Part shown: one piece after another, positions 38,642 through 49,724 of the stretch
Numbering within the stretch: the first letter of the stretch is position 1
Layout of the letters: every line of letters begins with the position of its first letter
DNA from: Bispira polyomma
Lineage: Eukaryota
Assembly: GCA_965649765.1 (NCBI GenBank)
Contig: OZ287755.1
Location: forward strand, 54,498,001-54,562,000
Reading direction: 5' to 3'
DNA: 64,000 bases
Notes under the pieces: generated by a model
What the model was told of the DNA's origin: nothing
Database searches by the model: none
Seen by the model: only the letters and a program-made list of their open reading frames with translations
Position numbers and translations under genes: made by a program

Positions 38642-41006
38642 GCCACAACCACCCATTAACCAAAGTATGTATATGTTATATATCTTCCCAAACCTAATGT
38701 TTGTCCTGTATATTTTATATTACTTTTGAAACCACTTGAAAAAGGGTTTAATGGGGCCTTCAATCAAATCTGAGGATCCCAATATTTAAAACTTGAATAA
38801 CTTCTACTAAACTGCATATAATTACACCAAATTAATTTTGGACCAACTAGAGACCAAAAAGTGTATATATACCGAATTTTAGAGCACAACTCTCTGCAGA
38901 TTCAGAGATTACCCGGTGGACACATCGTAACCATGCGTAACCAAGGTTCTTCCACTATTCCCTTTCTCCAGGAAAGCATGATTATGCCAATAAGCATTGG
39001 TGGTGAATTATTAGAATTGAAATTGGAGCCAGCCATTATAAAGGACATAATAACAGCTTTCTATTGATACTTAATTAAAAATTTTAGGTCAACTATTCAT
39101 ATAGATACATCCAAATAATCAATTGAAATTTTTGGAAAAACGTTATAAAATAAATAACGCGGACTTGTTAATTATAATATGTATCCAGCGAAACCCCTGA
39201 TTTTAACGGTGAAATAATTAATACAGCCAATCAGAAATACAGTAACGGTGAAACCTCTGGATACCGTTATAGATAGGGTTCCCCGCACTACAAGTGTGTT
39301 ACCGCCATTGTGTGAACCCCGCATAAGTGTATGTAGGGGGTATGTTGACTGCAAGACAAGATCTAACCTGTATTATGCACTCATCCAGGACACCAACAAG
39401 GAAAAGCAAGACCAAATACCCAAGCTTTTATATCAATTCTATGCATTTTGATTTCCATGCTTTTCTGGAGATCAAGCTGTTTTTTTCATTATGTGCTTAT
39501 ATAGTTAATCTAATTTTTTGTAATAAACATTCCCGGGGGCTTTGTATTTTTTAAAAATAGTCTGGCTATTATTAAAGAAAACTAAGATGATAATGTGGAG
39601 GTGTAACATTACGTTACATAAAAATCACAGTATAAATGTATAAAATGATTAAACTAGCCACAGAATGTCTGGCTATAACATTCCTCCAGCGTTTCCAACT
39701 ACCCGTCCCAATATAACCTAAACAGGTACTAGAGTGGACGTTAAATATTCGAAATTCAAATTCTGGCTATAACATCGTATACCAATAAAATTTATATGTA
39801 GACCTGTATTATCATACAATTATCTAATATACGGCACTATTTTAACATTTGTCACAGTCTGCATGAAGGAGAGATGCAACAATTTTCCAGTATATTAGTT
39901 TAATGTAGTACCTACTGATATATTGGCATTAAGTGATCTAAAATATCTCTTTTACAAGGGGGGGGGGATGGCTATATAATTAGAGAATATTATTATTATT
40001 ATTATACATTATTAACGCGCTTTATTGATGCTAGGCATCTTCTAAAGTGCAACAGCAGAATCAGTGATCCAATTGTAAAGTCCATGGGCATAGCAAGGTT
40101 GTAAGGGTAGGGGCTTTAACAGCTGGTTAATCAGCAACAAACAACCAGACTGGGTGTTAACCCACCCCGTAGCGTCCGGTGGCAAGGGGCGCAACTCCCT
40201 TTCACGCTTTACATGGTGAAGGGTGTCATAGCCAGAGAGGGTTCTTTATTACAGAAAATACAGTATATATAGTTAGTTATCCACAATAACTTGTAGCATT
40301 TAGTCAAGAGTAGGGGAGACTTTTAAGTTTTAACAGTGCTGTGCTAAAGTTATTTAATGCAGTTTTACAAGAGTGTACAATGATTCTGTATAATGGTCTT
40401 TGTTGTTGGAAGAAGATTGGATACTAGGCCCAGTTTTACTTTGGAGAGCAACAAAGCATGCCCACGTTTTGCCGTGGCTGCGAGGACAATTAAAATGGGC
40501 ATAAGCAGGTACTCGGGTATTGCAACATAATTACGTCGGGTGTTTGCATCAGCTTCTTTAATAGGTCACAAACGGGCCAAATCCTGGACCAACTGAAAAA
40601 TTGCAACCTTCTTGTAAGTTGGCATTTTTTATGTTCTCGTTAAATGGGGCCAGGAAGCAGCTACTGTCACTCTTTGATCGTCTACGGAATGAGGACAATA
40701 TCTAATCACTTTATTTTCTGACATGTACCTGTAATATCGGCTCTTTTGATTTATTTTACAGGAAATACTTACATTTTGATGCACTAGTTGCACTCATGTC
40801 ACTTTATTAATGCATACCTCAAGTCCTGAGTACTCTTTTACTGATGTTTATGCAACTACCTAAACCAAACGGTAATATGGAAGCCACCACAACATCACAA
40901 TTTTAAAACTGTATAACACTACCTAAATTTACACCTTTTCTTGATGACATAACATGTTGAAAGGAAGCCCAGGCTTGAAGTTTCAAGCGGGTTCATGTTT
41001 TTAAGA

Positions 41007-41020
41007 GTTTCCATGGTAAC
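41007..41020. promoter_or_regulatory. RFX X-box-like motif GTTTCCATGGTAAC
   Basis: Matches the consensus GTHNYYATRRNAAC; lies 10 bp into the intron after exon 41031-41192. Confidence 0.45.
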
Positions 41021-41030
41021 TGTGACTCAC

Positions 41031-41192
41031 CTGCCTGACTTTCTGATTGGTTGCTGTACTTGTGGTGGTGGTAGGTGTGGACTTGTCTCCGTCCCTTAAC
41101 ACCTTGTACCTCACCTGGTCTGAGATGGGAGGTGTCTGGACCAGGTAGAGAGCCATGAGGCTCTGCCTGAACCAGTCATCCTCCACACTCAT
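41031..41192 (-). CDS. Putative alternative N-terminal or cassette exon, 54 codons
   Basis: ATG-initiated GC-richer ORF ending CAG|GTGAGT in phase 0. A possible acceptor would extend it to 41201. Confidence 0.65.
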
Positions 41193-41272
41193 TATACTGG
41201 GCTAGGTGTCAAGTATTACTGGGGACAATACTCAACCAGACATACACACACTCCATTCTCACAGACAGAAAT

Positions 41273-41473
41273 ACAGTAGAGAGACACTTGATTATCCAAA
41301 CACTTCTGTTATCCGGCCAAATATTCAATTCTTTGAACTTAATTGCACTCTCCTAGATTCATGTTTTTTCCTAATGTTTGTACTAAAATGCCTCGTTTTA
41401 TTTTAAGAATATTATCCATTATCCGAATAAAATCTTACTCTCCTACCATGTTTGAATAATAGAGTTTGCACTG
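41273..41473. mobile_element. Tc1/mariner-pogo-like MITE
   Basis: TA|cagtaga...cactg|TA with the family's ttatccaaac subterminal motifs. Confidence 0.55.
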
Positions 41474-43141
41474 TACTTCAGTAATCTGTAAATAATCTCA
41501 TGTAGAATCCCTAGTGTCACTGCCTCATTGTACATATCGGCACAATTCCAATAACATGAAGGGTGGATGATTTGCTTTTTAAATGATTCTTTTTAAGAGT
41601 CTACATTTTCCTCTTGTAACATATCTAACTTATATTCTTGGGGTAACAGAATGTACTTTAAACAATTCATTCTGGAACTACATTTTTTAGTCATTCCAGG
41701 AGTTCTAAGTGGTTACCTGTGAGGGTTCCGTTCTACCCTCAAATTGAGGCTAACATGAGTTTAAATGACTCACTCTTTGAGGTCACATGATGACAATGTG
41801 TCTCACAGCCATACTTTCGCACAGAGTAAAGCTATCCCATACACTGTCACTTCACAATAATATTACAGCTATGTGTAAAAAGTATACTGATAGTTCAATA
41901 CCATAACAATGACATTAAGCCATTTTTATTTGGCAAAATTTAATCCATTTTATACCGTAATGAACTAGTTATTTATCTTTCTTTATGTATTTTATGGGAA
42001 ATTCCCCATTAACAAAACCATCACTAAATGTTTATCTATTTACATTTCCATACAAAATAATTCTATTCATGCTGTTTCACATATCCTTGCATATATATCT
42101 GGACTATTATGTAAATATAATTCTATTTCATGTAATAATAAACTGCCGGAATTTCTCTTACAAAGACCTGCCTTGTAAAACCCAGTACTGCGCATTGTGT
42201 ACATATCCATTTTATAACCCAATATCTAAATACTCCAAAGCAATCAAAGCCAGCTTTCAAGGCATCGTGTATTTATTATCAATAATAAATGTCAATTTTT
42301 GCTTTCAAAATCAAGCTTAATAGTATACACAACTACACATATACACAACATATTGAAACCTCCATGTCACTTAAATCATTGCAATACTTTATGATTCCAA
42401 TTTCATAAATGCCATGTTGCTATCATGATATCACATGATAACTGCCTACTAGCTGGGCCTGGTTTGTTTTATTACTATTATTTACTGAAAGAAACTCAAG
42501 TTCCTCCACACTATGTATACAAATTATAGATTACTTTAAATGGGGAAGAGTACTCATTCAGTGTCAAAGTATTAAGAGGCCACTGGAAGCCATTGCATTA
42601 AGATGACTGCTCTCATAAGAGGAGAGACAACAGTTGTGATGTACTGGGTAAACATTTAATAAACACAACTTAAGGCTGATCTTAAATTGGTGGGGCACTA
42701 AGACATCAAGAGCAATAAAATTTGTTTGTATGTCAATATATAATGTCATGTACAGAGCAAAATACTACAATGTGAATATCCAGTATAAGTTACACACAAA
42801 AAACAGTTTTCATTTAAGATTTTACAGGTCACCTTTAATAGTTACATATCATACTTTTTAACTTCTAAAAGCGATGTGTATAACTATATATTTCACTCAT
42901 TTATCCTTAGATTTTTATTAAATGTGTCACAAAGGTGTTTTTTTTAACTTTGAGTTTGCATTATGTTAAGGCTGTATCTTTAAGAAGGTGGTTTTTAATT
43001 TAAGTTTGTATGGCGGTAATAAAGAAGGTCATTTTTAGTTTTAGTTTGCATTATGTTAGGGCGGTAATAAATAAGGTTGTTTTCAGTTTGAGTTTGTATT
43101 ATATTAATGAGGTCAAATTAGGAAAGTAGTTTTCAGGTTGC

Positions 43142-43375
43142 AGAGTAAGGAATCTAAAATTTGCCACTGTATTTGAAATTTGCCACCCCTAAAATTTAAG
43201 CCAAATCAATAAAAACTGGTGTAAAAATATAACTGGAATTTAGGAAAGTAAGGCAAAACAGTCTCAAAAATCTTAAATTCAGCAAATATTACCCACAATT
43301 CGACCAAAAACACAAAGATTTTTTGGGCGGCGAATTCCAAATAGTTGTCAGTGGTGAATTTTAGATTCCTTACTA
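43142..43375. mobile_element. MITE family gagtaaggaatctaaaatt
   Basis: TIRs agtaaggaatctaaaatt...aattttagattccttact. Confidence 0.7.
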
Positions 43376-45230
43376 ATAAGGCTGTACTTAAAGACTAAGG
43401 TCTAAAAGTGCCCTGGTTTTTGTGGGACACGAGAGAGCTACAGAGAATTGTAGCTCACAAACCCAATACACAGGTGTGAGCACAAAAATCAATAGATATT
43501 CAATAACTCAGCCTCTGCAGCTGGGACATCTAAGCAAAGGGATCTCTGTAAATACTTAAACTCCCTGCAAGGCTTTCAACTTTACTTTATACATCATGTG
43601 TATTATTATAATGAATAAAGTCAATATGTTAAAAGAAAGAGCATAATATTTTTACAGTAAATATTCACAAGCTTATATGGCATTTGTGCAGTTTTGTGAA
43701 AAATATCTATACAGTGTGTATCTGAAAATTACTTTTTTTTTCAGTTTTCACAGAAAGGTCGGCCTGTGTTACGTATGCAAGTGGTATGATATTTTTTATA
43801 TTGGCATCATCTGTATATTCAGTAAGTAGAACTTTACCATGTGCTGACATACATATACAAGGGAAAAGTATACAAATCTAATATATAGATTGTTGACTGG
43901 CGCTCAAACAGTTGACAAAAGACTAATGTATTGTCGGTTATGGACATGTGGGTAAACAGGATACCTTAACAGTCAGTATACCGAATTAACAATACCATAA
44001 AATAGTTGCTTAGGATAATTCATTCTAGAGACTAAGTGGATATTTCCATGAAGGCAATTTTCTGAGGCAATCAGCCGATGGCCGACGGCAATTTTATTGG
44101 TTTCATTGATTTAGAACTATCTGTTTCCATGTGAGCAATGCCGATAGGCGGCAGGCAATGTTATGCGCTCCTCCTAGCGAAAACATAAAAATTGTTGATT
44201 GCCATCGCCCACCGCCTGATTGCGGTAGCCCCATTGCCGACATGGAAACATGAACTTTTATTGCCCTGGAATGTGGGCTCACTATTTTGTTGTGGATAAA
44301 GCAAAGGCCAGCTATTCTTAGGATGTGCCAGCCTAAAGTACTCCTTATACACAGGAAGTACCATTATTAACAAATTAAGATTGACACAAAAACATCATAA
44401 TGTACTCAACACATGCAGAGATTTCTGCACATCTATACATAATGTTTCCATAGACACACTGTCTGCTAGGTTTGATAACATTGTACAGGAATCAAATGGA
44501 GTACTAAGTATCTTATCATTCCTCAATATAGGCAGCTGTGACAGAAGGATTACATCGGCAATATTATATATGATAATATCGGTACAGTGACAAGATCAAT
44601 ATCTACTGTTAGGACTCTACATTAAGTTTATAGTACATGTATTTGCATTTTAAAAATCAAACATTAAAGTTACTGTATCACATATACATATTGATACAAT
44701 AATTGTAAGCCTGACTGCAGTGAAGTCACAGTGAAGGCAAGGATCTATATGGGGACATTGTGAAGATAAGATCTTAAAAACATTATGAACTGCACAAATG
44801 TGATTGCTTTCGTTAAATCTATTGTTAATAATACTGTCATAAATGATTTTACTATAACCAGTTGACCCAGGTATTGTCTTTTGTTTATATACCTTAGAAC
44901 ATTAAGCTCTTGACGATATTGTCTGTTCACTCGGCTACAAGTCGATGGACAAGTGTATTCGCCAGTGCCATGTCTGTCCCCAAGCAGTTGACAGTATAAA
45001 ATATTACATTGCATTGTATAGCCCCTCAGCACATAGGAATAAAATCTATTTTGTACACTGCATTTGACATAAAGAAACAGATTTTTTCATTTGTAATGTA
45101 ATCAGTTGTTGCAAAAACGTCCTTTGTGACGTCATAAAAGTGGATCAAAGTATTTTCCCTCAGTACATTGAGTATTATTAGTAGTATTATTACATGCCAC
45201 TTTTTATACATAAAATCCCTGTATTTAATA

Positions 45231-48200
45231 TCACACATTACCTAGCATTAGTTTTAGACTACTTACACACAGCTTCCTGAAGGTCCTGAGCACTCCATCT
45301 TCACTGTACTTTCCACCTTTTTTTCTGGAAAGTTCATCTCGTTTGTAAGCATCTCTCCTCTCCCCAACTGCTAGACTCACAGAATTGTGCACTGTGTTCC
45401 GTTTGATCACAAGCTTTGACTGGTATCTATCAGTCACACCATTTACATTTATATTCTCTGCCTTTTCCCCTTGTTTTTCACTTATAAATAATGGTTGATT
45501 TCCATATTTTTTAGTATCCTCATTTGACCAAGGGTTATTAACTACAACTTCAAGGCCTTGAATGTCATCTTCAATATCACTATTATGACAAGACCTTGAC
45601 CTATCAACACACTTAGTTTGTTCTTGAGCTATAAGATAATGCTGATATGCTTCCAGTGAAGAGTCAGATATGTAAGACGTAGCTGAAGAATCCCTATTAA
45701 ACGCAGTTTCTGTGTCAAAACTGTTCCTCCAAATCAGTGGGGTCAGTCTGTTCTTTTCCCAGAAAGCTGAATCCTCATCAGAAGAACAGGTCCATTGTTT
45801 CTCAAGATCAGAATCTGGACAGTTACAGTAAATGCTATAACCATTCTCTGTGCTTGTAGCACAAAATACTGACAAAGAAACAGATGACATGACTTCCTCA
45901 TGGTATACTTCAGTATATCTTTTGACTTCCACATCCATACTAAATAGGACAGCAGTCAGGGCCAGTCTAAACATGTCACCTGGGTTGTGTACAACTGGCT
46001 GACTATGTTGCAAAAACATTTTCTTATCCTGCACACCATCGAGTTTAGAATGACAGTCATACTTTAAGTTAGGCCTAGAAGATATTGCAGTTGTTACAGA
46101 TTTGTTAATTAGTTCTGCATCTTCAGTACAAGTAGAATTACTACTAGTGTTTATGACATCATCTAACCAGCTTTGATTGGACGCATTAACTGGTGCACAA
46201 AGATTTTCCAGAATATCCAGACAGAGCCGCTCAGCAAATTCATCGACCTGTTTTGCGACAACAATTTCCTTGTGTACAATATCACGTGAGACTCTTGAGG
46301 GGATCTTTAACTCGGAATCTAAACCACAGTCTACAGCCGGTGATTGTTTTGTTCTCAATAAGTTCATCCCTCTACCTCTAGTATGTCTTACTTTCACATG
46401 TTTTATATGTTCACCACTTGTGACTGTTTCATGGTTACGTCTCTTTTCTGGGGCTCTGTCTACACTTTGCCAGGTACCTTTTTCAAATGTCACCAGGAAT
46501 GCTGTGGACTGCTCACCTTTATAAATCTCAAACATGTTGCCACTCACATGATTTTTGGGGTCACCATGTGAAAATGGCTGTTTATACTTTGAACTCCATT
46601 GTTTCAATCCACTGAACTTTTTACATGATGTTGATCTGGAAGAATAATTTCTGTTGTTTCTCTGTAAAATGCTATTGACCTCAACATTTGTATTGCCATG
46701 ACCAATAATTGTACTTCCATCAGCAAATACATGGTCACCAGTATTGTTGTCATTCAATGTATGTTCATCACTCAGAGAGACTTCTTTCTGCTGTTCCATA
46801 ATGTCCTTAGCACTGTCTTCTTTAATTAAACATATGTTCAGAACACTCTGACTATTGCTACCTGCTACCTCTGCACCATTTATGGCCACACCATCAATAG
46901 GGCAGTCACATTCACCACAACTGTCCTCAATAGTCAGGCTGTTTTCTAGTTTTGCGCCGGCTCTAGCCTCAGTTTCTGGAGAAAGCTGGACTTGTGTACC
47001 TAAACATGTATCTGCTATAGTAGTATGAGTGGTACAGCATTCAGATATATGAGAGAGTTTTGTATTTTCAGCAAAGTTTTCCATTTGTTCATTATCATTC
47101 GCTTTATGATCAACTACCAATATACTACCACTGAGAGGTTGTATCAATGGGCCGACGACTACATTTTCTCCACCCTCGTCTCTATCATTTCCTTGACCTG
47201 TGCTTGAAGCAGGTGAATTTTTATCACACAGATCATACACGTCATCACTAATTTCAGGTTGAAGAGAATTAATACCACACCCTTCTTCTTTACGATTATA
47301 ACTGTCTTCTACAATTTGGGTTTGATCATTTGTATGAGACATTGTTTGATCATTTTCATCTATTTCATTATCATCCATTACAGAGTTGTTTGAACTGTGA
47401 GTCAGCAAGAAGGTGTCACTGGTGACTTGTGCAAGTTTTACTGAACTCTCATTCACTTTGTATCTATGGTCATTAGATTCATGACATTCTTCATCATCAC
47501 TCACAACTGGAGAATTAGAATTTACAGAAGCTCTTCCAGTAACCTTTTCTTCAGGCACATCATCATATAAACTCTGAACCAGTGACAGAAGGTCACTGTT
47601 GATTAGTGCAAGCTTTATTGAACTCTCATTCCTTTTGTCATGAGTATAGACATCTTCAGGCACACCATCACAAGAACTCTGAACCCACGACACAAGGTCA
47701 CTGTTGGTTTGTGCAAGCTTCACTGAACCTTCACTGACATTGTCATGATCATGGACATATTCTTCATTATCAGTCACAACTGGAGTATCAGAATTTAAAG
47801 AAACTGTTTCATAATGCCTTTCTTCAAGCATATCATCATAAGAACTAGGAACTGGCGACACAAGGTCACTGTTGGTTTGTCCCAGCTTCACTACTGAACT
47901 GTCACTCACTTTATCATTATCACTAACAACTGAAGTATCAGAATTCACAGAAGCTGTTCCAATAAATGCTTCTTTAGGCACATCATCATATGAACTCAGA
48001 ACCAGCGACACAAGGTCACTGTTGACATGTGCAAGCTTCACTGAACTTTCACAGACTTTGTCATGATCATGGACATATTCTTCATTATCACTCACAACTG
48101 GAGAATTAGAATTCACAGAAGCTGTTCCAGTAAACTTTTCCTCAGGCACATCATCATATGAACTCTGAACCAGTGGCACAAGGTCACTGTTGATTTGCGC

Positions 48201-49724
48201 AAACTTCACTGAACTCTCATTCCGTTTGTCATAAGTACAGACATCTTCTTCATTATCACTCACAACTGAAGTATTAGAATTTACAGAAGCTGTACCAGTA
48301 TGGTTTTCTTCAGAAAGATCATCATACAAACTCTGAACCATTGGCACAATGTTGCTGTTAGATTGTGCAAGCTTCACTGAACTGTCAATCACTTTGTCAT
48401 TAGCACTGACATCTTCTTCATTATTGCTCAAAACTGAAGTATTAGACTTTACAGATTGTGAAGTTGTTGCAATATGCTTTTCTTCAACCAGATCATCACT
48501 CCCACCATCAGAAAGACTTAAGTTGCACAAGGTATCGTCACTGTCAGTAGAAGCATATAGAATGCCAGATGGGCTTTTCATTTGCATCGTAAAATGTTTC
48601 ATCCTTTGGCTATATTCACTAACCTTCAAATGTACAACAGGTGAATCATTCTCCAAGTCATTTTGTGTATCTTTATCAGTACCATTTTTTTGAGCTCTAG
48701 TGAGGTCTTCTAGTGGAGTACTAGTTCTATATTCTCCAGTAGGTCTGACAGTAGGATAAACATCAGTGGTTTCTAGACAGTTAGAATGTCCTATCATGTT
48801 ATAAAAATGAGGCCAACTAACCTCACATTCAATAGATACATCCTCTGAAGTATCATCAAAGCCTGCAATGTTAATTTCTTCTCGCTTTAGGCAACTCGTA
48901 GTTGTGTCATCAGGCAATGAATCTTGCAAAGACATTTCATCAGATATATCCCCTACACTGTTTTTGCGACATCTGAAACCAGCTTCACATGAGACTATAC
49001 TGCAAACTGCATGGCTGTAACATAATTTTTCCCACATCGGCAAAACATTTTCATCTGTGTTGATTTGACAATGCTCACCATGATGATTTGGTTCACAACT
49101 GTTATGGTCACAAATATTACCTTTGCCAGTGTGATACAATTCTAAGTGATTTTCCTTCACATTATTATCCTGAGAAGAAGTACAATTCAACCCTTTTAAT
49201 TTTGTATTTGGGACATGTACACTAAATTCATCTAACTCAGTTACAACTTTACTCATGACATATTCCTGCACAGTGTTATCACTTACTGTATTCCAGCACC
49301 AGTGTAAAATGTCACCAAAGCTCAGAGGTACACCCACAGAATCAAATATACCATCAGTGAAAAATCTCTGAAATTTATCAAAACTCAAACCAGAAGATAA
49401 TTTTTCATTAGTGTCTAGATGTTTTGTAGGTTCTTCTTGGTCGTTTTGTACACACCTTTCATTGTTCTCTGACAACCACAACTCTAATGATCTTGCAACT
49501 TCATCTAATAACCTTGTGATCTTGGCATTCTTGCTTGTCAATCTTTGGCTGGACCTTTTAGACCATGACACCTGACATGGTTGAACAAGGCATTTGGTGC
49601 AATAACTGCCTTCGCAAAAGTCACAGAATGGCAGAAAACGGCCTGAGACAGTGAACAAAGGCAGCCTATATCCATCATAGAGTAACCTCGGAATATGCTT
49701 TCTTGTTCCATTCCGGGTCTCCAT
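45231..49724 (-). CDS. 1497-aa uninterrupted acidic Ser/Asp/Asn-rich ORF; giant alternative first exon (to 45267) or nested intronless gene
   Basis: 4.5-kb open frame in AT-rich DNA, Kozak context gccATGG, phase-0 GTAAGT donor 11 codons before the stop. No RT or transposase motifs seen. Confidence 0.85.
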   Translation of the reverse strand: METRNGTRKHIPRLLYDGYRLPLFTVSGRFLPFCDFCEGSYCTKCLVQPCQVSWSKRSSQRLTSKNAKITRLLDEVARSLELWLSENNERCVQNDQEEPTKHLDTNEKLSSGLSFDKFQRFFTDGIFDSVGVPLSFGDILHWCWNTVSDNTVQEYVMSKVVTELDEFSVHVPNTKLKGLNCTSSQDNNVKENHLELYHTGKGNICDHNSCEPNHHGEHCQINTDENVLPMWEKLCYSHAVCSIVSCEAGFRCRKNSVGDISDEMSLQDSLPDDTTTSCLKREEINIAGFDDTSEDVSIECEVSWPHFYNMIGHSNCLETTDVYPTVRPTGEYRTSTPLEDLTRAQKNGTDKDTQNDLENDSPVVHLKVSEYSQRMKHFTMQMKSPSGILYASTDSDDTLCNLSLSDGGSDDLVEEKHIATTSQSVKSNTSVLSNNEEDVSANDKVIDSSVKLAQSNSNIVPMVQSLYDDLSEENHTGTASVNSNTSVVSDNEEDVCTYDKRNESSVKFAQINSDLVPLVQSSYDDVPEEKFTGTASVNSNSPVVSDNEEYVHDHDKVCESSVKLAHVNSDLVSLVLSSYDDVPKEAFIGTASVNSDTSVVSDNDKVSDSSVVKLGQTNSDLVSPVPSSYDDMLEERHYETVSLNSDTPVVTDNEEYVHDHDNVSEGSVKLAQTNSDLVSWVQSSCDGVPEDVYTHDKRNESSIKLALINSDLLSLVQSLYDDVPEEKVTGRASVNSNSPVVSDDEECHESNDHRYKVNESSVKLAQVTSDTFLLTHSSNNSVMDDNEIDENDQTMSHTNDQTQIVEDSYNRKEEGCGINSLQPEISDDVYDLCDKNSPASSTGQGNDRDEGGENVVVGPLIQPLSGSILVVDHKANDNEQMENFAENTKLSHISECCTTHTTIADTCLGTQVQLSPETEARAGAKLENSLTIEDSCGECDCPIDGVAINGAEVAGSNSQSVLNICLIKEDSAKDIMEQQKEVSLSDEHTLNDNNTGDHVFADGSTIIGHGNTNVEVNSILQRNNRNYSSRSTSCKKFSGLKQWSSKYKQPFSHGDPKNHVSGNMFEIYKGEQSTAFLVTFEKGTWQSVDRAPEKRRNHETVTSGEHIKHVKVRHTRGRGMNLLRTKQSPAVDCGLDSELKIPSRVSRDIVHKEIVVAKQVDEFAERLCLDILENLCAPVNASNQSWLDDVINTSSNSTCTEDAELINKSVTTAISSRPNLKYDCHSKLDGVQDKKMFLQHSQPVVHNPGDMFRLALTAVLFSMDVEVKRYTEVYHEEVMSSVSLSVFCATSTENGYSIYCNCPDSDLEKQWTCSSDEDSAFWEKNRLTPLIWRNSFDTETAFNRDSSATSYISDSSLEAYQHYLIAQEQTKCVDRSRSCHNSDIEDDIQGLEVVVNNPWSNEDTKKYGNQPLFISEKQGEKAENINVNGVTDRYQSKLVIKRNTVHNSVSLAVGERRDAYKRDELSRKKGGKYSEDGVLRTFRKLCVSSLKLMLGNV
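47415..48450 (-). repeat. In-frame coding tandem repeat, 168 bp / 56 aa, about 6-7 diverged units
   Basis: aaggtcactgttg at 48012 and 48180; protein unit SNxxVVSDNEE..SSVKLAQ.NSDLV..VQSSYDD. Confidence 0.9.

Noticed and set aside
45127-45134. CRE palindrome TGACGTCA near the giant ORF end
   Set aside because: A single 8-mer, not distinguishable from chance.
46177-48693. Plus-strand ORFs overlapping the giant ORF
   Set aside because: Antisense shadows of the coding strand.
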